DNA of 24,195 bases from a virus (lineage: Duplodnaviria; Caudoviricetes), in the IMG/VR virus record IMGVR_UViG_3300025101_000185, positions 1-24,195 of that record; one strand, 5' to 3'. The notes beneath the pieces were generated by a model. The model saw only the letters and a program-made list of their open reading frames with translations, was not told the origin of the DNA and searched no databases. The position numbers and the translations under genes were made by a program. Positions 16,945 through 23,896 of the stretch are shown in pieces. Position 1 is the first letter of the stretch. Every line of letters starts with the position of its first letter.

Positions 16945-18526
16945 CTACCATCCTTACTGCTTGTGATGCCTGTAAAGCTGTATTTACATCTTCCTGATCC
17001 TGTTGTCTTTCCATTTGCTCCTGTTGCATAATCTGTCTTTGTTCTCTGATTTCTGCAACTTCTGCATTTGTTTTCAAGACACTCTTTGGAACACCTAATG
17101 AATCTGTAACATGTCTGACAAGACCATCTGCATCTAAATGATCTCCAACTGGTAAACTCTGTGATAATGGTAACAATATCTCTAATGCTTTCATTGTTGA
17201 GTTTAGGCTTGTTGACTTCTGTACCTTTGCAAGTGGTGATACATATTCGATATCTATGTCTCTGCCTTGCAGTATCTCTGGTGGTATAGCAAGCATTTCA
17301 CTTCTAAGCATCAACGAAAACACTCTATCAATCAAAGGCTTTAACATCTCATTCATCAATCTTCCAAGCACAGGACCTATCACTCTCATTCTTTCTTCCT
17401 GTCTTTGCACAACTTCTGTGGCTGTCATGTTTGGAGATGTGCCACTTAGTAACTGGTCAACATAGAAAGCACCTCTGATTGCTTCTCGTCTTTGTTGCTC
17501 CATATTCAAACCAATAGGTATGTTAGCACCTGTATTCAGTGGTGATATTGTATCTCTTGTACCTGATCTAAAGAAGTTTAGTCCACCTGGTTGTGTTCTA
17601 ACTGGCAAAATGAAGCCATCATCAGGAACTAATAGTGGAGGATCTATTTGCTTTTGTGCTGCCTGAATGATGGTCTTACTCATTAGGTTCAACATTTTCA
17701 CATCAGCGAGAGCCGTCATGGCTGGGGAGCGACCCATGATCTCTCCTGTGCTTTTTAGAAAACGAGGAACAACATAAGGAAACTCCTCGAAACCACCAAT
17801 AGACAAGAACTGTTTTGTCTCCATATCAATATAGAAAGATGCAAAAGGCATGTTCTGATTATCAGGTTTATCAGGATTCCTGTTCATCCTTGGCAACACC
17901 ACATGAAGCAACTCTACTTCTTCATCAGGTTTTTGCTCAAATTTCTTCTTGATATATTCCGTTACATTGTCCAAGCCAAATCTTTGAATGACTTGTCTAA
18001 CTGGACTCTTGTACTTTCTGAATACAGTATCAACTAAACCAAATTGATTTTCCTGTATAAAAAACTCTGATATGTGTCTTGTAGAAAACCTTAGTGTTTT
18101 ATCTTCCATCTCGATAAACATACAGCCAGTACCAAACACAACTAGGTCTACATACATACCATGCACTTCTGTTTCAAAGTTTGATCTGTTGAAGGCTCTC
18201 ATCATACTCATTGATGAACTTTCAAGCCATTCACGCACCTCATCATCTCTACCTATGTTTTCATCTTTCATATCCAAATGAAACCAAGGTGTAGCACCTG
18301 ATGTAAGCATACCATGCAAAGCTGAAGATAATAGATCAACAGCTAACTGTGATGTACTATCAAATATATTCTCTGATCTTTTTTCACCACGACTTCTTTT
18401 TCTTACAATGTCAGACTTTTCAGGCAACATAAAGTCAGCTAGTTCCTGATAGTGTGTGTTCCAATACTTTCTGTAAGTCTCAAGATAATTAAGTCTGTTG
18501 ACTAACTCTTTTGCAAAATCTGCCAT
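16925..18526 (-). CDS. Portal (head-tail connector) protein
   Basis: DLVVFGTGCM, FPYVVPRF...GEIMGRSPAM, MTATEVVQRQEE...GPVLGRL, IEYVSPLA motifs; 533 aa. Confidence 0.95.
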   Translation of the reverse strand: MADFAKELVNRLNYLETYRKYWNTHYQELADFMLPEKSDIVRKRSRGEKRSENIFDSTSQLAVDLLSSALHGMLTSGATPWFHLDMKDENIGRDDEVREWLESSSMSMMRAFNRSNFETEVHGMYVDLVVFGTGCMFIEMEDKTLRFSTRHISEFFIQENQFGLVDTVFRKYKSPVRQVIQRFGLDNVTEYIKKKFEQKPDEEVELLHVVLPRMNRNPDKPDNQNMPFASFYIDMETKQFLSIGGFEEFPYVVPRFLKSTGEIMGRSPAMTALADVKMLNLMSKTIIQAAQKQIDPPLLVPDDGFILPVRTQPGGLNFFRSGTRDTISPLNTGANIPIGLNMEQQRREAIRGAFYVDQLLSGTSPNMTATEVVQRQEERMRVIGPVLGRLMNEMLKPLIDRVFSLMLRSEMLAIPPEILQGRDIDIEYVSPLAKVQKSTSLNSTMKALEILLPLSQSLPVGDHLDADGLVRHVTDSLGVPKSVLKTNAEVAEIREQRQIMQQEQMERQQDQEDVNTALQASQAVRMVGGGQGN

Positions 18527-18757
18527 TTAATACCCTGACCCTGTTAATCCTGGTGTTCCTGTAGTTGTTGATGCAGAACCTGATGTCAAACCAGTTACTA
18601 TTGTTGATCCACGACCTCTTCTTCTTCGTCTTTCATCTGCAACATTCTCTTCAGCCAAAGCTGCTGCTCTTTGTGTATCAGCATCATCAACCATCATTGG
18701 TGGATCAGGTGGAGGTGGTGGTGGAGGTATATTTACTTTTGGTCTTAAAAATGACAT
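18527..18757 (-). CDS. Small Pro/Arg-rich virion protein (T7 gp6.7/gp7.3 slot)
   Basis: AGGAG RBS; MSFLRPKVNIP, poly-Pro, RRRRRGRGSTIVTG; abuts the portal start. Confidence 0.7.
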   Translation of the reverse strand: MSFLRPKVNIPPPPPPPDPPMMVDDADTQRAAALAEENVADERRRRRGRGSTIVTGLTSGSASTTTGTPGLTGSGY

Positions 18758-18766
18758 TTGCTTCTC

Positions 18767-19390
18767 CTAAACTACTGACCTAGGTCCTTTACCTCTTTGT
18801 AAAGCACCATATCCTTCAATAAATGTTCCAGCTTGTCCTGCTCGTTTTGTTCTTCTTGTTCCTCTTGTTCTTGTAAGGATTGTTTCTTGTTCATCAGGAA
18901 TAATCTCAGGTGTAATCTCAGGTGTAACTTCAGGAGTCACATCAACTCTTTGCACTGGTGGTGGGTTGTCATCACTTCCTGAAGTACCACCCCCTATAGG
19001 ATCAAAGTCTGGATTACCACTAAATACTCTACCACCAAGAAAGTTTTTTCCAATAACACCTTGATAGTTACCTTTATCATCAGTAACCATCTCACCACCT
19101 CTTCTAAGTTCTCTTGCCTGTTGTTCTTTGGAAAACTGCGTTACAAGAGACAATGCTCCTGCACCTGGAACAGCAGCATCTAACAATTTGTTACCTGTTA
19201 TTGATGCAGCCTGTGCTTCTCTTTCTAATTTTTGTGCCTGTAAATTTTCTGCAAGTCTTGTAAATTCGTATGGATCTTGAACACCTGACTGTGCCATTGC
19301 CTTTCTTTCTCGGTCTGCTTTTTGTTTTGCAATACCTCTGACATCATCTTCAACACCCATTCCTGAACTGTTGCCATTACTACCACCCAT
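18767..19390 (-). CDS. Gly-rich, largely disordered putative virion protein
   Basis: AGGAGGT RBS; MGG start, short hydrophobic patch (AAVPGAGALSLV), (V/I)TPE repeats, basic C-terminus. Confidence 0.65.
   Translation of the reverse strand: MGGSNGNSSGMGVEDDVRGIAKQKADRERKAMAQSGVQDPYEFTRLAENLQAQKLEREAQAASITGNKLLDAAVPGAGALSLVTQFSKEQQARELRRGGEMVTDDKGNYQGVIGKNFLGGRVFSGNPDFDPIGGGTSGSDDNPPPVQRVDVTPEVTPEITPEIIPDEQETILTRTRGTRRTKRAGQAGTFIEGYGALQRGKGPRSVV
18894..18940. repeat. 12-nt tandem repeat (about 4 copies) encoding VTPE-VTPE-ITPE-IIPD
   Basis: TCAGG recurs every 12 nt. Confidence 0.75.
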
Positions 19391-19392
19391 GT

Positions 19393-19797
19393 CTACCTCC
19401 TTGCAGACTTGACAAAGCCAAGTTTTTTATTTCTCTGTCTGAGCCAAAACGCAACCTGATACCCTTTTCTCTTAAAAAAATATCTAAAATGTTTCACTCC
19501 TTTTAAGGTATAATCTTTTTTTGAAATAAAATCAATCATCCAAACATCTTTTCCACCACCTTGATAACCACCATGAGGGAACTCTCCTGTTTTCATATAC
19601 TCATCTAATTGCTTTTTATTTGGAAAACCCCAAGTGCCAAACATAACAAGTTCATGTTCTAATCGTATTACCTGATACTGATTTAACATCACTGGCACAA
19701 CAATACATCTGCATATCTGTTCCAAGTTATACGTCTTATGCAAGTCACTATACTGCATCAAGATCAGTATATCTCGCAAATCTTCATACTTACTCAT
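19393..19797 (-). CDS. Toxin-activating lysine acyltransferase (HlyC/TAAT family) homologue
   Basis: YSDLHKTY~SSPLHRNW, LNQY~ANQY, MFGTWG~AYCSWA, VWMIDFIS~KWFIDWIA, FWLR~RAIR versus HlyC as recalled. ATGA-coupled to TerL. Confidence 0.85.
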   Translation of the reverse strand: MSKYEDLRDILILMQYSDLHKTYNLEQICRCIVVPVMLNQYQVIRLEHELVMFGTWGFPNKKQLDEYMKTGEFPHGGYQGGGKDVWMIDFISKKDYTLKGVKHFRYFFKRKGYQVAFWLRQRNKKLGFVKSARR

Positions 19798-21077
19798 GCA
19801 AAAATATTATAACTATTATCAGCAACAGCTTGTGGTGGTCTTGTATAACTCTTTCTATTCTCAATACCTATAGCCAAATATCTAAACGCATCTGCTGCAT
19901 GTGATGTATAGTCATGCCTTGGCTGATCCCTAAACCTCTTCTTCTTCTCATCCCACTCTTGCCTGTATTGTTTCATCATCTCAAGACCTAGATGACACTT
20001 ATCCCTGTCAAAGTAACACTTTGGCATCAACAATCTAGCAGCATTGATACCATCAGCTATCTTCATCTTCGAAACCACCTTGAAACGTATGCCAAGACTA
20101 AACGCTGTCTCCATCCGTGATTTGCCAGACCCCAACTCTCTAATTTCAATATCATGTGGAGCAAGGTGGTCTCCATAATGATAATCCTTCTTTCTAAGGA
20201 CCTCTGCATAATGGTCCAATCCAAAACCAGTATTCTCATAATAGTCGATAACATTTACTGCTCCTCCTCTGTAAACCTGTGCAAACCAAATAGCTGTTGA
20301 ATCATTGATACCTAAATCCCAAGCTGTATGCACTGGCAACGCAGGATCATACGGCACTCTTGTAATCCTGCCTGCATCTTCAGCTTCTACAAGTAATCTT
20401 CCATAGTACGCACCAATAATCGCAGCCGTAAACGAACATTCATACTCCTGCTCATACTGCTCTAACGTCATCTGTGACTTGGCAGCATCCAACTCCGTAT
20501 CTTTTACCAACTGCGTTTCACTAGCCTTGGCAATCTTCCAATACCAATAATCACTTCCCTCTTCAGTCTCATGTTTAGCCTGAGTCAATATCTCATAAAA
20601 ATGGTTATGACCATTTGGTGTACCTAGAAATATAGCTGCACCCTCTCTATCCGATAGTGCTGGTCTTACAACCTCCCCCCATACCCTAGGATTCTGCATC
20701 CCATACTCATCAAACACACACAAGTCCAAGTAAATACCTCTTAACGCATCAGGATTTTCACCTGACAACAACATAATCCTACCACCATTAGGAAAGTCTG
20801 CCCTCAGTTCAGTCTCATTAAACGTAACTCCTGGTATCACACCAGCATAATACTTTACATAATCCCAACTAATCCTCTTAGCCTGACTAAACGTAGGTGC
20901 AACCAAAGCAACTCTCGGTCTTGGCAACGGACAAGTCAAAGCATGTTTTATCATGTGATTGACAGCAAACACAGTTTTACCAAATCTCCTGTGCATAACA
21001 AGCACATTCCATCTCTTCAAGTCTCTGTGCATCTCTGCCTGTAAGTCTCTAGGCTTATATGGTATCTTTACTTGCAT
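19794..21077 (-). CDS. terL: Terminase large subunit
   Basis: Walker A HRRFGKT, LRG..LD, Walker B VFDE, GTP coupling motif, nuclease WDLG and HAADAFRY. Confidence 0.96.
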   Translation of the reverse strand: MQVKIPYKPRDLQAEMHRDLKRWNVLVMHRRFGKTVFAVNHMIKHALTCPLPRPRVALVAPTFSQAKRISWDYVKYYAGVIPGVTFNETELRADFPNGGRIMLLSGENPDALRGIYLDLCVFDEYGMQNPRVWGEVVRPALSDREGAAIFLGTPNGHNHFYEILTQAKHETEEGSDYWYWKIAKASETQLVKDTELDAAKSQMTLEQYEQEYECSFTAAIIGAYYGRLLVEAEDAGRITRVPYDPALPVHTAWDLGINDSTAIWFAQVYRGGAVNVIDYYENTGFGLDHYAEVLRKKDYHYGDHLAPHDIEIRELGSGKSRMETAFSLGIRFKVVSKMKIADGINAARLLMPKCYFDRDKCHLGLEMMKQYRQEWDEKKKRFRDQPRHDYTSHAADAFRYLAIGIENRKSYTRPPQAVADNSYNIFA

Positions 21078-21450
21078 CTGTTTCCCACACTATCCTTATC
21101 GCACCATCAGTTAACTCAACACCTGTCCTTTGCTTGATCTCACCAAACTTCTCTGGTAACACCTTCTGCACCTTCCAGCGAACATGCGTGGCATAATCCC
21201 TCAGTAAGTTAGGATCGTACATCTTACGCTTATGCAACGTATCTAAGAACATAGTCTCCAACTCCTCTAAGGTTTTCTCAGCAGATTGCTTCTGTGCAGT
21301 ACGAACTACATCATTTAACTGCTCATCCTTTGCCATGTGTCTGTAAAAGGTGGCTCTGCTAACCTTTTCGTCTTTGCAAGCCTGATACAGACTATATCCG
21401 TCTGTAATCTTGCTTATTATCTTGTTTTTCTTGTATTTGCTAATCGTCAT
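21055..21450 (-). CDS. terS: Terminase small subunit
   Basis: N-terminal HTH (GYSLYQAC...VSRATFYRH), RWKVQKVLPEKFG, overlaps the TerL start. Confidence 0.85.
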   Translation of the reverse strand: MTISKYKKNKIISKITDGYSLYQACKDEKVSRATFYRHMAKDEQLNDVVRTAQKQSAEKTLEELETMFLDTLHKRKMYDPNLLRDYATHVRWKVQKVLPEKFGEIKQRTGVELTDGAIRIVWETDASKDTI

Positions 21451-21722
21451 TGTGTGTTTCTATGGTGTTATTAATACATATATATAGACGCTGGCGTCTG
21501 TTTGGGGTGTATGCCTTTTTATATACTCCCCCTATGCTATGCAATGCTTGCTGCTGCAATATGTTTTTTTTGTTTTTGCTCTGTTTTGTTACTATGCTGT
21601 GTATCATTGTCTCAATATATAGCAATAAGAATATAAACTATCCTTACCTATTATATATATACATTGCAAGTATAACTTTTTTCTGCTGGAAAAAATAAAA
21701 CAAACTTTTTTTATATTATTAG

Positions 21723-21749
21723 TTGACAATAATAAACCTATGGTATACT
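21723..21749 (+). promoter_or_regulatory. Sigma70-type early promoter
   Basis: Perfect TTGACA (21723-28), extended -10 TGG-TATACT (21741-49), upstream A/T tracts. The spacer is only 15 nt; a 17-nt register gives TACTTA. Confidence 0.7.
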
Positions 21750-21779
21750 TATATTATTAACAACTATGAAAGGTAAACT

Positions 21780-21944
21780 ATGATTAAGAAATACAATACT
21801 AAAAAAGAATACATTGCAGCAGTTGCAAAGTATGTACCTGACCAAGACTACATTAATTATTTGCAAGCATCTAATAAAGATGTAGTTGTTGAATCATATC
21901 AAGAACTCGTACATTCAGAAGTAATCACAGAATATGCAAATTAA
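21780..21944 (+). CDS. Small early protein (54 aa)
   Basis: Not in the ORF track. MIKKYNTKKEYIAAVAKYVPDQDY...EYAN*, AAAGGT RBS, first gene after the promoter. Confidence 0.7.
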   Translation: MIKKYNTKKEYIAAVAKYVPDQDYINYLQASNKDVVVESYQELVHSEVITEYAN

Positions 21945-21951
21945 AAACCAG

Positions 21952-21971
21952 GTGCAGCAGCAATGCTGCAC
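21952..21971 (+). promoter_or_regulatory. Intergenic hairpin with GCAA tetraloop
   Basis: GTGCAGCA-GCAA-TGCTGCAC, perfect 8 bp, no U-tail on the plus strand. Confidence 0.75.
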
Positions 21972-21995
21972 TAAACAACTATGAAAGGTAAAACA

Positions 21996-22181
21996 ATGAA
22001 ATACGAAACAATATTATTAATTGCTCTTGCTCAGTTCTTTTTAATGCTGCCAACAGCTTTTTATTTACTATCTTTAAACATGCCTAGCTTATTTTTTTCA
22101 ATAATGATGCTATCTGGAATGTTTACAATAATAACTATTTACTATCCATTAATAACAATTCACAACAACGATAAGGAGTAA
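21996..22181 (+). CDS. Small two-TM membrane protein
   Basis: Two hydrophobic segments. Start at the second Met (AAAGGT RBS, AACAATG context). Confidence 0.7.
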   Translation: MKYETILLIALAQFFLMLPTAFYLLSLNMPSLFFSIMMLSGMFTIITIYYPLITIHNNDKE

Positions 22182-22187
22182 CTAACA

Positions 22188-22709
22188 ATGAAACTACATC
22201 ATACAAAATATAAACAAAACTATGTAAATTATATCTTAGATACAATAGACGAAGATATCAACGGCAAGCCATTAATAAATAAAAAAAATAAAATAAGTTA
22301 TATCTTTGAAAGATTTTATAGTGAATATGGCTGGAACGTAGAGCAGCAAGGCAAGTTAAAAGCAATGACTGAATGGCTTTCTGGCTTAGCTTTAAATATT
22401 GATTACACATATTCAGATATAATAAAACTTGCCATTGACATGGGAAGTATTGACGAAAACCCAAGCGACAAGCTGCAGGACAAAGTTTGTGAAAACTATT
22501 TTAATTTTATGGCTAATATAATTTTATCTATAGAACCAACACACGCAATAACTAAAGACAATGAAACAATTTATTTTGGCAGCAATCAAGATTGTTTTTC
22601 TAAGTTATTAGATATTCAACCATTTAGTACAGATTATGCAATCAAACATGGTGGATATAATATAACAACTAATAACTTACATTGGAGGAGCATATATAAA
22701 ACTGCATAA
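22188..22709 (+). CDS. Hypothetical early protein (173 aa)
   Basis: TAAGGAG RBS, long ORF in AT-rich DNA. Confidence 0.8.
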   Translation: MKLHHTKYKQNYVNYILDTIDEDINGKPLINKKNKISYIFERFYSEYGWNVEQQGKLKAMTEWLSGLALNIDYTYSDIIKLAIDMGSIDENPSDKLQDKVCENYFNFMANIILSIEPTHAITKDNETIYFGSNQDCFSKLLDIQPFSTDYAIKHGGYNITTNNLHWRSIYKTA

Positions 22710-22756
22710 GTAAACCTCGAAAGGCTGGAGCAATACCAGCCTTTTAAGATTTACTT
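22708..22756 (+). promoter_or_regulatory. Long imperfect hairpin (terminator or RNase III-type processing site)
   Basis: AAGTAAACCTCGAAAGGCTGG / CCAGCCTTTTAAGATTTACTT, 21-bp arm with two C-A mismatches and one G-U, loop AGCAATA. Confidence 0.7.
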
Positions 22757-22789
22757 GCGTAAATCACAACAACAACAGGAGTACAAACA

Positions 22790-22933
22790 ATGACAAGATT
22801 AGATTTTTTAGCTTTATGTAATCATTACAATATTGACGTAAATATTGCTTTAGAAAATGAAGAACTTAGAGAACTTTTAAAAACTAGAGCAAGTTATGAA
22901 ACAATAGAAAACTTTTTGAAGGAGGAGTTTTAA
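22790..22933 (+). CDS. Small early protein (47 aa)
   Basis: Not in the ORF track. MTRLDFLALCNHYNIDVNIALENEELRELL...KEEF*, AGGAG RBS. Confidence 0.75.
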   Translation: MTRLDFLALCNHYNIDVNIALENEELRELLKTRASYETIENFLKEEF

Positions 22934-22935
22934 CA

Positions 22936-23133
22936 ATGAATAGACACATAAATAACTTAGCAGAACTTTATCAAGATTGGTTATTTAATAACGATATTTC
23001 AACACCATACTCAGCAGAAGAATTGCTTTATGAAAACAAAACTTTAACAGAGCATCAAAAGAAGTTTTTACAATCGTTTATTAATATCTGGTCAACAATA
23101 GACAATAAAGATTATGAGGTAAACAATGAATAA
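22936..23133 (+). CDS. Small early protein (65 aa)
   Basis: AGGAGGAG RBS, AACAATG start, tight coupling. Confidence 0.75.
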   Translation: MNRHINNLAELYQDWLFNNDISTPYSAEELLYENKTLTEHQKKFLQSFINIWSTIDNKDYEVNNE

Positions 23134-23272
23134 AAAACTTTTAAAGCTGCATATAGAAAATGCAACACCAAAAAAATATACATTACATGACATAATAAAA
23201 CTAAATGCTGAAATATTATTGTTTCTAATGTTTTGTGTTTACTTATTCGTAATATACATAATTTGGGCATAG
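23126..23272 (+). CDS. Small protein with C-terminal TM helix (48 aa)
   Basis: Not in the ORF track. GAGGT RBS, MNKKLLKLHIEN...ILLFLMFCVYLFVIYIIWA*. Confidence 0.7.
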   Translation: MNKKLLKLHIENATPKKYTLHDIIKLNAEILLFLMFCVYLFVIYIIWA

Positions 23273-23285
23273 AGAAACGAAACAA

Positions 23286-23332
23286 GTTACAGGCTGGTTT
23301 ATATCCTAAAAACTATTTAACTAGCCTGTAGC
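23286..23332 (+). promoter_or_regulatory. Intergenic 14-bp hairpin
   Basis: GTTACAGGCTGGTT / AACTAGCCTGTAGC with two G-U pairs and a 19-nt loop. Confidence 0.7.
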
Positions 23333-23373
23333 CTTCTTAAATCGCTATTAAACAACTAAAGGAGTACATAACA

Positions 23374-23559
23374 ATGACTAAAAAATATTATCCCCATGTA
23401 TGGGATTTAACATTTTGTCTTATGGATATAGACGGAAATCCAAAAAAAGACAAAGAGGGAAATATAATTTTGTATGAGGATCACAAGATGGATTGTAGTT
23501 CAATTTGTGATTTTGTTGATGAAAATAATTTAACACAGATAAAAGAGAAAGAGCAATGA
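23374..23559 (+). CDS. Small early protein (61 aa)
   Basis: AAGGAG RBS, AACAATG start, ATGA overlap with the HTH gene. Confidence 0.75.
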   Translation: MTKKYYPHVWDLTFCLMDIDGNPKKDKEGNIILYEDHKMDCSSICDFVDENNLTQIKEKEQ

Positions 23560-23744
23560 TAAGAGAAAGCATAACCAAAGAACAGTATAAGCAAATACGA
23601 ACACGGCTAAAATACACACAAGCTGAATTTGCAACAGAACTGGGAATAGATAAACAAACAGTTTCCAGACATGAAACAGGAGAGAGAGGTATAAGTAAAA
23701 CTATAGCTATCTTGATTGGTTACATATTTGAGAAACAAAAATAG
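23556..23744 (+). CDS. Cro/XRE-family helix-turn-helix regulator
   Basis: IRTRLKYTQAEFATELGIDKQTVSRHETGER HTH_3 pattern. Confidence 0.9.
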   Translation: MIRESITKEQYKQIRTRLKYTQAEFATELGIDKQTVSRHETGERGISKTIAILIGYIFEKQK

Positions 23745-23753
23745 GAGAGAAAG

Positions 23754-23885
23754 ATGAAAAGAGAGGATAAAATTAAATTTATTATTGAGCAAGAAAAAGC
23801 AGCAAATAACTCTTGGAAGTGGATTAAGACGGCAGATGATAAAACAATTAATGAACTTTATGATTATTGGACACAAGAATTATAA
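23754..23885 (+). CDS. Small early protein (43 aa)
   Basis: Not in the ORF track. AGGAG RBS, MKREDKIKFIIEQEK...LYDYWTQEL*. Confidence 0.7.
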   Translation: MKREDKIKFIIEQEKAANNSWKWIKTADDKTINELYDYWTQEL

Positions 23886-23896
23886 GAGAGAAAGAC

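Larger units (their letters stand above)
21759..21992 (+). repeat. Exact 19-nt direct repeat AACAACTATGAAAGGTAAA (21759-21777 and 21974-21992)
   Basis: Read directly; each copy contains the RBS of the following gene. Confidence 0.9.

Noticed and set aside
167-18783. Many plus-strand ORFs in the track (e.g. 167-625, 1181-1693, 6388-6852, 14870-15214)
   Set aside because: Antisense shadows of well-supported minus-strand genes, with no RBS or recognisable motifs.
21440-21698. ORFs 21440-21625 (-) and 21450-21698 (+)
   Set aside because: Low-complexity translations of the AT-tract intergenic region with no RBS.
22258-23876. Minus-strand ORFs 22258-22464, 23420-23617 and 23607-23876
   Set aside because: Antisense to RBS-supported early genes.
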